Source: Longimicrobiales bacterium
GTDB taxonomy: Bacteria > Gemmatimonadota > Gemmatimonadetes > Longimicrobiales > Gaopeijiaceae
Length of the DNA: 64,000 nt
Assembly: GCA_965116905.1 (NCBI GenBank)
Contig: OZ220732.1
Coordinates: 3,968,001-4,032,000 of the forward strand
Direction of reading: 5' to 3'
Position 1 is the first letter of the stretch. Each line of letters begins with the position of its first letter. The notes under the pieces were generated by a model. The model was not told the origin of the DNA. It saw nothing but the letters and a program-made list of their open reading frames with translations, and did no database searches. The position numbers and the translations under genes are program-made. Shown here in pieces: positions 12,205 through 21,392 of this stretch.

Positions 12205-12737
12205 GAGGCCACCCGGGAGGCATCTGCACCCTGCGGAAGCGGTCCCGTGTACGCGTGGCACAGCGCGGCGGCGATTCCGTCGGCCGCATCGCTCGGCTTC
12301 GGATCCGACCGGAGGCGCAGGTGCCGGCGCACCATGTACGCGACCTGCTCCTTGGTGGCGGACCCGCTACCGGTGACCGCCCGCTTGATCGCGCGGGGGC
12401 TGTACTCGGCCACCTCGACGCCGCACCGGGCCGCCGCCACGATGATCGCGCCGCGTGCCTGTCCCAGCGTCATCGCGCTCCGCACGTTCTTGCCGTAGAA
12501 CGCGCCCTCGATCGACAGGACCGCGGGACTCAACCGCGCAACCAGCTCCTCCACGCCCTCGTGGATCTCCAGGAGCCGCACCACGAGGGACGCGCGGGAC
12601 GAGGTCCGGATCACCCCGCATTCGAGCAACTCCGCGCGGCGCCGGTCATCCACCGCCACCGCGCCGAACCCGGTGACGGCCGTGCCGGGATCGATGCCGA
12701 GCAGCACGCAGCCGTCCGGACCGGCGCCCGTGTTCAC
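12201..12737 (-). CDS. ruvC: Crossover junction endodeoxyribonuclease RuvC
   Basis: LLGIDPG, GQARGA, VTGSGSATKEQV and DAADGIAAALCH motifs; GTG start at 12737. Confidence 0.95.
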   Translation of the reverse strand: MNTGAGPDGCVLLGIDPGTAVTGFGAVAVDDRRRAELLECGVIRTSSRASLVVRLLEIHEGVEELVARLSPAVLSIEGAFYGKNVRSAMTLGQARGAIIVAAARCGVEVAEYSPRAIKRAVTGSGSATKEQVAYMVRRHLRLRSDPKPSDAADGIAAALCHAYTGPLPQGADASRVAS

Positions 12738-13480
12738 AGGGCCCGGGACAGCACCGACTCGTCGAGATCGGCGTTCGAATGCACCTGCTGCACGTCGTCG
12801 TGGTCGTCCAGCGCTTCCAGGAGCCTCAGCAACCGCTCGCCCGTCTTCCCCGCGACCCCCACTTCGTTCTTCGCGACCATCGCCAGTTGCGCCGACGCGA
12901 CCGCGATGCCGGCCCCCACCAGGGCACGGCGCACATCGTGCAGCGAACCGGCATCGGTCGTGACAACGTATTCGCCCCCCGCGCTCGTCACGTCTTCTGC
13001 ACCGGCCTCGACGGCGGCCTCGAAGACCGCGTCCTCGTCGACCTGCGCCGCATCGACGTAGATCATCCCCATGCGGTCGAACTGCCAGGCCACCGAGCCC
13101 GCCGTCCCGAGGTTGCCGCCATTCTTGTCCAGCAGATGGCGAACTTCGGCCACCGTCCGCTTCTGGTTGTCGGTCAGCGTTTCGATATACAGCGCCACGC
13201 CACCTGGACCATACCCCTCGTACGCGATCTCCTCGTAGGTCACGCCCTCGAGCTCGCCGGTACCGCGCTTTATGGCCCGGTCGATGTTCTCCTGGGGCAT
13301 GTTGGCGGACTTCGCGGCGTCCACGCCAAGCCGCAGCCGCGGGTTGAAGTTGGGATCCCCGCCACCCTCGCGCGCCGCCACGGTGAGCTCGCGGATCAGC
13401 TTGGTGAACATCTGGCCGCGCTTCTGGTCGTTGACCGCTTTCTTGCGCTTGATCTGCGACCACTTGCTGTGTCCCGCCAC
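12734..13480 (-). CDS. yebC: YebC/PmpR family protein
   Basis: MAGHSKWSQIK, NPRLR, YEGYGPGG and DDVQQVHSN motifs; usual position upstream of ruvCAB. Confidence 0.95.
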   Translation of the reverse strand: MAGHSKWSQIKRKKAVNDQKRGQMFTKLIRELTVAAREGGGDPNFNPRLRLGVDAAKSANMPQENIDRAIKRGTGELEGVTYEEIAYEGYGPGGVALYIETLTDNQKRTVAEVRHLLDKNGGNLGTAGSVAWQFDRMGMIYVDAAQVDEDAVFEAAVEAGAEDVTSAGGEYVVTTDAGSLHDVRRALVGAGIAVASAQLAMVAKNEVGVAGKTGERLLRLLEALDDHDDVQQVHSNADLDESVLSRAL

Positions 13481-13733
13481 AGCTTCCCCTCCGTAGGAAA
13501 ACGACCCGGCCAACCCCGGATGCGCGCCAGGCGTCCGATGGACTAATATAGCGAACCGCGACCGGTCCCGATTTCGCCCGGACGGCCCATCATTCCCGGG
13601 GCGGTGTCACCTTTTGCGGGCGGGAACGATATAGTATCTGGGAGGGTTCAACAGGTACGGCCCGCGATCCGCCGCCCTGCCGCCCAGAAGCCGGCCACCA
13701 GACAGGCCCGAAGCGACCCAGACTGAAGGCACG

Positions 13734-15128
13734 ATGACCAAGCACAGACTTCACGTCAGACTCCACGCCAGACTCCACGCCAGACTCTACGCCCTCGCCG
13801 TCGTCCTGATCGCATTCACGCACACGGCGTCCCTTGCCGCGCAGGACGCGAACGGCCCGACCGGGACCATCCTGGGCATCGTGTACGACAGCACCACGAG
13901 TGCTCCCCTGGCCGAGGCCCGGGTGGCCGTCATGGGGACGTCCGCGATCGGGAACACGGGCGAGAACGGAGAGTTCCGCCTGGACAGCGTGCCCGAGGGC
14001 GAACACACGTTGATGTTCTTTCACCAGAGGCTCGGCACGCTCGGCGTGGCGGGGTCGACCCAGCAGGTCGTCGTCCGGGGCGAGAGCGTGGCCGAAGCCT
14101 ACCTCGCGATCCCCTCCAGGGAGACCATCCTGACCGCGTGGTGCTCGGCCGAGACCAACCTGGGCAACACCTCGATCGGCGGGGTCGTCACCGACGCGCT
14201 GACCTCCGTCCCGCTGCCGGGTGCGCGGGTCGTCGCTCTGGGGGACCGGGTGGGCGTCATGCAGCGGAGACGCGTGGTCGCGGAGGCGCGGACCGGGAAT
14301 TCCGGCGAATTCAGGTTGTGTGGACTCGACGCGGACACCGAGCTGTCGATCACGGCGACCTTCGGCACCAACGCGACGCTCCCCGTGGAGATCGTCCGGG
14401 CGGGTCCGCACGTCATGGACATGACCATTCACATTTCCGACCCCGTCACGATCAACGGCACCGTGATGGACTACGCGACGCGCGCGCCCCTTCCGGGAGC
14501 CCAGGTCCGGCTCGTCGGCACGAACCACGACGCGATCACGAACGCCGAGGGCAGATTCGCATTCGCCGGCATCCCCCCCGGCAGGCAAATCATCCAGACG
14601 GACAACCTGGGCTACGCCACCCGTATCGACTCCCTGACCGTCTTCAGCAACGAAGCGCTCGGCTTCGAGATCCTGCTGGCCACCGAGGCCATCGTCCTCG
14701 AACCCCTCGTCGTGACCGGACGCCGGAGGGATCGCAGGATCACCACGACGCCGGGCACGCGCTTTTCGGGCTTGAGCGAGGCGCAGGTGGATTCCCTGAT
14801 ACCGCGGATGTTCGACTTCGCTTCGCTGGCCCGCGCTGCGCGGATGCCCGGCCTGTCCGTTACCGAGACATACATCGCCGATGCGTTCGGGACTCCGCAA
14901 ATCGGCGTGTGCATCGAGATGCAGCGGGGCCGGGCCGGCACCAACCCCAACGCATGCAACATGGTCGAGGTGCGGATCAACGACGGTCCCGTCCCCGACC
15001 CCGCCTTCTTCCTCCACGAGCTGAATCCGCAGGACGTCAAGAGCATCCAGTTCATCACGCCCCTGGAGGCGGGCCTGCTATACGGAGACCGGGGCAGGAA
15101 CGGCGTGCTGCTGATCTATACGCGGTAG
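13734..15128 (+). CDS. Exported protein with carboxypeptidase-regulatory-like domains and a C-terminal TonB-dependent-receptor plug-like segment
   Basis: Signal peptide, three GxVxD...PLPGAxV...TxxxGxFxL repeats, and a C-terminus LNPQDVKSIQF...YGDRGRNGVLLIYTR resembling a TBDR plug end with no barrel after it. Confidence 0.7.
   Translation: MTKHRLHVRLHARLHARLYALAVVLIAFTHTASLAAQDANGPTGTILGIVYDSTTSAPLAEARVAVMGTSAIGNTGENGEFRLDSVPEGEHTLMFFHQRLGTLGVAGSTQQVVVRGESVAEAYLAIPSRETILTAWCSAETNLGNTSIGGVVTDALTSVPLPGARVVALGDRVGVMQRRRVVAEARTGNSGEFRLCGLDADTELSITATFGTNATLPVEIVRAGPHVMDMTIHISDPVTINGTVMDYATRAPLPGAQVRLVGTNHDAITNAEGRFAFAGIPPGRQIIQTDNLGYATRIDSLTVFSNEALGFEILLATEAIVLEPLVVTGRRRDRRITTTPGTRFSGLSEAQVDSLIPRMFDFASLARAARMPGLSVTETYIADAFGTPQIGVCIEMQRGRAGTNPNACNMVEVRINDGPVPDPAFFLHELNPQDVKSIQFITPLEAGLLYGDRGRNGVLLIYTR
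13745..13792. repeat. 12-bp tandem repeat x4 in the signal peptide
   Basis: CAGACTTCACGT CAGACTCCACGC CAGACTCCACGC CAGACTCTACGC, encoding RLHV-RLHA-RLHA-RLYA. Confidence 0.9.
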
Positions 15129-15174
15129 GTCACGCGCCGGGTCTGGGCACGATCGCGTGGCCCGCCGTGACCGC

Positions 15175-17265
15175 TCAGTCGTCCCGCTCTTCCGCCTCCG
15201 CTACGATCTGCGCGACCCGCGCCGCCGGGACGTAGTCGTAGCCGAGCATCTTGCGCCTGTGGTGCCCCCTGCCCTGCGTGATCGAACGCAGCACCGAGGC
15301 GTACTTGTACAGCTCGGCCTCGGCCGCCTGTGCCTTGATCGCGGTCTTTCCCCCAACGGGCTCCATGCCGAGGACGCGGGCCGAGCGACCGTTCAGATCT
15401 CCCATGATGTCGCCCACGTACTCGTCCGGGGTGGTGACCGTGACCTCGACGATCGGCTCGAGCAGCGCCGGACTCGCCTTCTCGGCGACGTTCCTGAACG
15501 CGTAGGAACCGGCCACCTTGAAGGCGATGTCGGATGAATCGACCGAGTGGTACGAACCGTCGTAGCACTCGGCGGCGAAGTCGACCAGAGGATACCCGGC
15601 GATGACTCCCCTGCCGGCGGCCTCCTGGATCCCGCGGTCGACCGACGGCACGTACTTGGTCGGGATCACACCGCCCTTGATCGAGTTGACGAACTCATAG
15701 CCCTCGCCGCGGCCCAGCGGTCGCAGGCGAACCCAGCAGTCGCCGAACTGGCCGCGGCCGCCGGTCTGCTTCTTGAAACGCCCCTGTCCCTCGGCCGCTG
15801 CCCTGATCGTCTCGCGGTAGGCGATGCGCGGGCGCTCGGTCTCCACCGACACCGAGTACTTCCGCTTCATCCGCGCGAACTGCACGTCGAGGTGGAGTTC
15901 ACCCATCCCGCGCGCAATCGTCTGGCGCAGCTCCGGGTTGAACGCGGCGACGAAGGTGGGGTCCTCCTCCTGCAACTTGCCCAGGGCCTCGCCCAGCTTG
16001 TCCTCGTCGGCGCGCGCCGCCCCCCGCACCGCGATCGAGATGTCCGGGCTCGGGAAGGCCACCCCATCGAGCGTGATCGCGTGTCCGGTCCCGCACAGGG
16101 TGTCGTTGGTGTGGGTGGACTTGAGCTTTGCGACGACGCCGATGTCGCCCGCGTGCAGCGCCTCCACCTCCACGCGCTCTCTTGCCTGCGGAATCGCGAG
16201 GTGATTGATCCGCTCGTTCGCGTTGCGCGTGGTGTTCCGCAGTTCGGTTCCGTTGACGATCATCCCGGAATACACGCGGAAGAGCGACAGCTCTCCGACA
16301 TGGGGCTCGGCGCTCGTCTTGAAGACCAGGGCGCTCACGCCCTCGTCGTCGGCCGCGCGCAAACGCACCGAGTCGCCGTTGGCACCCGCGGCCTCGATGT
16401 CCCCGCCCTGGCCCGGATGCGGAAGCAGCTCGACCATCTTCTGCGCCAGGGCACGCACGCCCCAGGACTGCTCGGCCGCACCGCAGAACACGGGGACGGC
16501 CTCACCCTCGGCTACCGCCACCGCCAGCGCCTCGATCTGTTCCTCGGGCGAAATCTCATCTCCCTCCAGGTAGCGGTCGAGGAGGTCCTCGTCGGTCGTG
16601 GCCAGCGTCTCCATGAGCTCGGTCGTCCACTCCTCGACCTCGTCCGCGATCTCATCCGGGACCGGCCCCTCCTCGTACTCGCCCGTCATCGTGCCCGGCT
16701 TGTAGATGTGGGCCTTCCCCGTGAAGAGGTTCACGATGCCCCGGAATCCGTCACCCGCCCCGATCGGCACCTCCACCGGGATCGCGCCCGGGGCGAGCAT
16801 TTCCTTCACCTCGTCCACAACCTTGGCGAAGTCGGCGTGCAACTTGTCCATCATGGACACGAACACCATGCGTGGAAGCCCCCGGTCCTCGCAGAGCTGC
16901 CACACCATCTCGGTCCCCACCTCCACCCCCGATGTCGCGCTCACCGTTACCAGCGCGGCATCGGCCACCCGCGCGGCGGCGGTCGCCTCGCCGACGAAGT
17001 CCATGTATCCCGGCGTGTCCAGCAGGTTGATCTTGGTTCCGTTCCAGACGGCGTGCGCGACGGTGAGCTGCATCGACATGCCGTGGCCCGTCTCCTCGGG
17101 CGTTGTCATCGTCAGCGCGGTGCCGTCGCCCACGCTCCCCTTCCGACGGGACGTTCCGGACGCGAAACACACCGCGTCGATGAGGGTCGATTTGCCGGAC
17201 CCGCCGTGTCCGAGCACCACCACGTTGCGGATCTGTTCCGTTTTGAAAGACTTGGCCGCGGCCAT
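15175..17265 (-). CDS. Elongation factor G paralogue (EF-G2/FusA2-like)
   Basis: IRNVVVLGHGGSGKSTL, INLLDTPGYMDF, GMGELHL, RIAYRETI, KKQTGGRGQFG, DGSYHSVDSS and LLEP motifs. ATG 17265 with GGAGGT RBS; not in an rpsL-rpsG-tuf context. Confidence 0.9.
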   Translation of the reverse strand: MAAAKSFKTEQIRNVVVLGHGGSGKSTLIDAVCFASGTSRRKGSVGDGTALTMTTPEETGHGMSMQLTVAHAVWNGTKINLLDTPGYMDFVGEATAAARVADAALVTVSATSGVEVGTEMVWQLCEDRGLPRMVFVSMMDKLHADFAKVVDEVKEMLAPGAIPVEVPIGAGDGFRGIVNLFTGKAHIYKPGTMTGEYEEGPVPDEIADEVEEWTTELMETLATTDEDLLDRYLEGDEISPEEQIEALAVAVAEGEAVPVFCGAAEQSWGVRALAQKMVELLPHPGQGGDIEAAGANGDSVRLRAADDEGVSALVFKTSAEPHVGELSLFRVYSGMIVNGTELRNTTRNANERINHLAIPQARERVEVEALHAGDIGVVAKLKSTHTNDTLCGTGHAITLDGVAFPSPDISIAVRGAARADEDKLGEALGKLQEEDPTFVAAFNPELRQTIARGMGELHLDVQFARMKRKYSVSVETERPRIAYRETIRAAAEGQGRFKKQTGGRGQFGDCWVRLRPLGRGEGYEFVNSIKGGVIPTKYVPSVDRGIQEAAGRGVIAGYPLVDFAAECYDGSYHSVDSSDIAFKVAGSYAFRNVAEKASPALLEPIVEVTVTTPDEYVGDIMGDLNGRSARVLGMEPVGGKTAIKAQAAEAELYKYASVLRSITQGRGHHRRKMLGYDYVPAARVAQIVAEAEERDD

Positions 17266-17378
17266 GCCACCTCCTGTCGCTGATTGCCCGACCCCGTTCG
17301 CCCGGAGCCGCACGACGCCCTCGGGGGACGCCGTCATCCGGGGATGGGGCACCTTCGCGAATGGGCGAAGGGTTGCGG

Positions 17379-17408
17379 ATTGTAGAAACCGCGCTACCGA
17401 CGGGTCAA
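17379..17408 (-). promoter_or_regulatory. Putative sigma70-type promoter of the EF-G paralogue
   Basis: Minus strand TTGACC-N18-TACAAT. Confidence 0.6.
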
Positions 17409-17466
17409 GGAGCCGGGCCCACGGCGATCACGCAAAGACCGGGCAGCCCGCCGCGCTTGGCGACCG

Positions 17467-18489
17467 CTAGTTGGCCTTCGTCTGCCTCGACACCCTGTCC
17501 AGGAGCTCGCGCTCCTCCGCGGTGAGCGACTCGATCCCCCTGGCCGATATCTTGTCGAGAACCGCGTCGACCTGGTCGAGTTCGGCCCGCTCACTGGCCG
17601 CCCGCCGACGCGCCCTCCGTTCTTCGAATGCAGCCGCGATGCGTCCCGACCCGGCGGCGTCGTCGCGTTTCCCCGTTCGTTTCCGGGGAGTACGCCCTCG
17701 CCGGCGAATCCCGGCCTTTCCACCCCGCGACACCCCACCTGCACCGGCGCCCCACCGCGAAGGGCCGCGCTGCCCGCTCCCGCGCTGCCCGCTGCCGCGC
17801 TGCCCGCGCCCACGCTGCCCGCCACGCCGACCCGCCCCCCAGCCCGCCGTGCCGCCCTGTCCCATCCCGCCAAATCCGCCCCCATACGTCGGCATCCATC
17901 CGCTCTTCACCAGCAGGAAGCCCGCCGCCGCACCCCCCAGGTGCGCCAGGTGCGCAACGCCGTCACGGCTCGGCCCGATCGCGCTCGCGAAGCTGAGGGC
18001 CACGAGAAAGCCGACCAGCCACTTCACCCGCACCGGGAACATCCCCCAGATGTAGACCGGCTGTTCCGGCCACGCCAGCGCGAAGGCGAGCATCAGGCCG
18101 TAGCACGCCGCCGACGCTCCCACGATCGTGGCGCCGGAGAACGCGAAGCTGAGCAACACGCCGCCGAGCCCGCACACCAGGTAGAACTTGATGAACATGT
18201 CCGACCCCCAGCGCTCCTCCAGGGGCGGCCCGAAAAAGAAGACGAAGAGCAGGTTCATCAGCAGGTGCCAGAGCCCGCCGTGCACGAACATGTACGTCAC
18301 CATGCCCCACGGCCGGTCCGCCAGACGATCGGGCGAGAACCCGAACAGATCGATGATCAGGTCGCGGCCCACCGCCAGCCCGATCAGGAAGACCAGCGCA
18401 TTCGCGATGAGCAGGATCCGGACCCACTGCGTGACATGGAAGCGCGCCGAGGGACCGCCGAACGACGATGACTGGTTCACGTATCTCAC
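17467..18489 (-). CDS. Rhomboid-family intramembrane serine protease with a Gly/Arg-rich linker and C-terminal helical domain
   Basis: TYMFVHGGLWHLLMN, GASAACYG (catalytic Ser) and AHLAHLGG (catalytic His); C-terminus VDAVLDKISARGIESLTAEERELL (DUF6576-like). Confidence 0.9.
   Translation of the reverse strand: MRYVNQSSSFGGPSARFHVTQWVRILLIANALVFLIGLAVGRDLIIDLFGFSPDRLADRPWGMVTYMFVHGGLWHLLMNLLFVFFFGPPLEERWGSDMFIKFYLVCGLGGVLLSFAFSGATIVGASAACYGLMLAFALAWPEQPVYIWGMFPVRVKWLVGFLVALSFASAIGPSRDGVAHLAHLGGAAAGFLLVKSGWMPTYGGGFGGMGQGGTAGWGAGRRGGQRGRGQRGSGQRGSGQRGPSRWGAGAGGVSRGGKAGIRRRGRTPRKRTGKRDDAAGSGRIAAAFEERRARRRAASERAELDQVDAVLDKISARGIESLTAEERELLDRVSRQTKAN
17765..17824. repeat. 15-bp tandem repeat x4, in frame
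   Basis: CCGCGCTGCCCGCTC-like units encoding GGQRG-RGQRG-SGQRG-SGQRG. Confidence 0.9.
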
Positions 18490-18565
18490 GGCATCTCTCC
18501 TGCCCGGCTCCGCTCGGCGACCCACGCCAACATTCGCGCGCCGCCGGGAGGTGCGCAACGCAACC

Positions 18566-19594
18566 TCACCGCCGGCGCCGCCGCCCCTTCCGCGAGCCCA
18601 GCCGGCATATGCGCTCGCACAGCTGCGGAAACTCGATGCCCGCCGCCCTGGCGGCCTTCGGCAACAGGCTGTTCCCCGTCAGGCCGGGCAGCGCATTCGC
18701 CTCCAGGCACCACGCCTTCCCGTCGCCGTCCACCATGAAGTCTACGCGCGAGAAGTGCTCCATTCCAAGCAGCCGGTGCACCTCCAGCGCCGTCCGCTGC
18801 AGCGTGCCGGTCAGCTCCGGGCCGATCCGCGCCGGCGCGATCTCCAGCGCCATGCCCGCTTCGTACTTGCAATCGAAGTCGAACAGCTCGTGCACCGGCT
18901 GGATCTCCACGACCGGCAGCGGCGCCCCGTCCAGGATCCCGACCGTGAACTCGCCGCCCGCCACGTAGGCCTCGTACATCACGGTGTCCCCGCCACCGGC
19001 CGCGACCGCCGTCGCCTCGTCCACCTCCGCCGCCGTCCTGGCCAGCGTCAGCCGCACCGACGAGCCGCCCGACACCGGCTTGACGATCACCGGCAGCCCC
19101 AGCCGTCCGGCCACGACGTCCCCCGCGGCCTCGCCCGCGATCCAGTCCGGGGTCGCCACCCCCCCATCCCGGAGGAGCCGCTTGGTGAGGTCCTTGTTCA
19201 TGGCCAGCGCACACGCCACGGGGCCGCTCCCGGCGTACGGAATCCCCGACACCTCGAGCAGCGTCTGAATCGTGCCGTCCTCTCCCGCTCCGCCGTGGAG
19301 TGCGAGGAAAACAACGTCGGCCTCGGCCAGCGCGGGCTCGGATGCGATCACCGCGGCATCGGGGAGGGTGTTCGGTGCGCCTGCGGGAGGCTCGGGCACA
19401 TCGGCGCGGCCGATTCCCGCGTCCAGAATCCTGCGTTCGAGCGCCGGGGACAGCAGCCCCGCGGCCGAATCGATGCTGGTCACCGCGTGTCCCGCGCTGC
19501 GCAGAGCCGCGGCCACCTCGCAACCGCTCGCAAGCGACACGCCCCGCTCCTCGGAGCTGCCCCCCAGGAGCACCGCCACGCACATCGGGCTCAC
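18566..19594 (-). CDS. ddl: D-alanine--D-alanine ligase
   Basis: LLGGSSEERGVSLASG, LHGGAGEDG, VKPVSGGSSV, FDFDCKY, RVDF and LEANALPGLT motifs. Confidence 0.93.
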   Translation of the reverse strand: MSPMCVAVLLGGSSEERGVSLASGCEVAAALRSAGHAVTSIDSAAGLLSPALERRILDAGIGRADVPEPPAGAPNTLPDAAVIASEPALAEADVVFLALHGGAGEDGTIQTLLEVSGIPYAGSGPVACALAMNKDLTKRLLRDGGVATPDWIAGEAAGDVVAGRLGLPVIVKPVSGGSSVRLTLARTAAEVDEATAVAAGGGDTVMYEAYVAGGEFTVGILDGAPLPVVEIQPVHELFDFDCKYEAGMALEIAPARIGPELTGTLQRTALEVHRLLGMEHFSRVDFMVDGDGKAWCLEANALPGLTGNSLLPKAARAAGIEFPQLCERICRLGSRKGRRRRR

Positions 19595-20997
19595 GGCGAT
19601 GCCGCCAGCGACCGGACCAGGTCGTACCGGGTCAGGATGCCATCCAGCGACCCGTGCGACCGGATCAGGACCGCGTGCGCGCCCCGCGTCAGCAACCGCG
19701 TGGCCGCGTCCGCGCCGGCGCCTTCGTCCACCACCGGATACGGCGGTCCCATCACCGATTCCACCTCCTGCTCGAGAACGGTGCGATCGGCCAGCACCGC
19801 CCCCATGAGTTCGCGCTCCGCGACGCTACCGACGCATTCTCCTGCCACCACGACCGGGAGCTGCGACACGTTGTGCGTGGACAGCGTCGAGACGGCCATG
19901 CGCACGGGCGTCTCGGGCGTCACCGTGAGCAGCCCCGGCAGCCGTTCGAGCTTGGCCGCCGCCATCTCCCCCACCGTGGCCTGCCTGCGCTCCAGGAAGC
20001 CGTTGTTGCGCATCCACTCGTCGTCGTACTGCTTGGTGAGGTAGCGCTCTCCCCAGTCGCAGAGGATGGCCACGACCAGGGCATCGGGGTCGTCGATACG
20101 GCGCGACTCCTCCAGCGCCGCGTGCACGATCAGGCCGGTCGACCCGCCCACGAAGAGCCCCTCCTCGCGCACCAGCCGGCGCGCCATGGCAAACGCCTCC
20201 GCGTCGGTCACCGTCCGGTATTCGTCGATGTACTCGACGTCCAGCGTCCCGGGGATCCTGTCGTTCCCGAGGCCCTCGACCTTGTACGGCTCGCCGCCAC
20301 CGACCTCTCCCGTCCTGTGGTAGCCGGAGATGACCGACCCCACCGGGTCGACGCCGATCACCCGGATCTCCGGGTTTCTCTCCTTGAGGTGCCTTGCCGT
20401 CCCGGAGATCGTCCCGCCGGTCCCCGCGCCCGCGACGAAGTGCGTGATCCCGCCATCCGTCTGTCGCCACAGTTCGGGACCCGTGGTCAGGTAGTGCGCC
20501 TCCGGGTTGTCCCGGTTCTCGAACTGGTCGGCCAGAAAGGCGCCGGGCGTGGCCTCGGCGATGGCCCGGGCCCGGTTCACGTAGTGGTCCGGGTGATCCG
20601 GCGAAACGGCGGTCGGGGTGATCACCACTTCGGCGCCGAACGCACGCAGCAGCTTGACCTTTTCGCGGCTCATCTTGTCGGGCATGGTGAAGATGCACCG
20701 ATACCCGCGAGATGCGGCCGCCATCGCGAGCGCCAGTCCCGTATTGCCGCTGGTGCCCTCGACCACGGTGCCGCCCGGCCGGAGCAGCCCCCGGTCCTCG
20801 GCCGACCGGATGATGGCGATCCCGATCCGGTCCTTGACCGATCCGCCCGGATTCATGAACTCGGCCTTGCCGTAGACGGGCGTGCGCATCCCCGCCGTGA
20901 CGCGGTTCAGCCGTATCAGCGGCGTCCACCCCACGAGGTCGAGGACATCGTCGTACGGTCTCGCGTGGCGCGGCCCGCGGTCGGTCCCCGGATTCAC
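19591..20997 (-). CDS. Cystathionine beta-synthase-like PLP enzyme with a C-terminal CBS pair
   Basis: KAEFMNPGGSVKDRI, EGTSGNTG, GAGTGGT and YKVEGLG motifs plus a C-terminal tandem CBS pair; GTG start at 20997. Confidence 0.88.
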   Translation of the reverse strand: MNPGTDRGPRHARPYDDVLDLVGWTPLIRLNRVTAGMRTPVYGKAEFMNPGGSVKDRIGIAIIRSAEDRGLLRPGGTVVEGTSGNTGLALAMAAASRGYRCIFTMPDKMSREKVKLLRAFGAEVVITPTAVSPDHPDHYVNRARAIAEATPGAFLADQFENRDNPEAHYLTTGPELWRQTDGGITHFVAGAGTGGTISGTARHLKERNPEIRVIGVDPVGSVISGYHRTGEVGGGEPYKVEGLGNDRIPGTLDVEYIDEYRTVTDAEAFAMARRLVREEGLFVGGSTGLIVHAALEESRRIDDPDALVVAILCDWGERYLTKQYDDEWMRNNGFLERRQATVGEMAAAKLERLPGLLTVTPETPVRMAVSTLSTHNVSQLPVVVAGECVGSVAERELMGAVLADRTVLEQEVESVMGPPYPVVDEGAGADAATRLLTRGAHAVLIRSHGSLDGILTRYDLVRSLAASP

Positions 20998-21386
20998 CGT
21001 CGCCTCCCGGGGGGCGACTCGGGGAGCGGCTCGGGGGGCACTTCTCCGCTCTTCGAGAAGTGTACGGGCACGCGCGCCCAGACACTGAGAGGCTCCCCCG
21101 CCCGGCGCGCGGGCTCGAACTCCATGCTCCTGGCTCCGTGGACCGCCGCCGAATCGAGGGCCGCGTACCCGCTGCTCTCCAGCACCGCCACGCTGTCCAC
21201 GCCTCCCTCCCGGTTGACCAGCACGCGCACGATCGTGCTCCCCTCGACGTCCTGGTCCCACAGCTCCAGGGGATACTCGACCCGGCTGTCCGAAAGCGGC
21301 GTCGGCCGCTCGATCCCCTGGTCGCCACCGCACGCCAGGACAAGCCACGTGGCCAGGCCAAGCCACGTCGCCAGGAGTCCTCGCAT
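20994..21386 (-). CDS. Small lipoprotein with a TonB C-terminal domain
   Basis: Lipobox-like VLAC, then YP...EGSTIVRVLVNREGGV..V..SSG...LDSAA...FEPARRAGEP...VPVHF. Confidence 0.8.
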   Translation of the reverse strand: MRGLLATWLGLATWLVLACGGDQGIERPTPLSDSRVEYPLELWDQDVEGSTIVRVLVNREGGVDSVAVLESSGYAALDSAAVHGARSMEFEPARRAGEPLSVWARVPVHFSKSGEVPPEPLPESPPGRRR

Positions 21387-21392
21387 GTCCGG

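Noticed and set aside
12201..13463. 420-aa ORF suggesting an N-terminally extended RuvC
   Set aside because: The extension is an alternate frame of yebC; RuvC homology begins at GTG 12737. The same applies to the track extensions of tgt, cbs and manA.
18566..19594. ddl as a D-Ala-D-Lac (Van-type) ligase
   Set aside because: The omega-loop Lys-Tyr (DCKY) typical of D-Ala-D-Ala ligases is retained and no van genes are adjacent.
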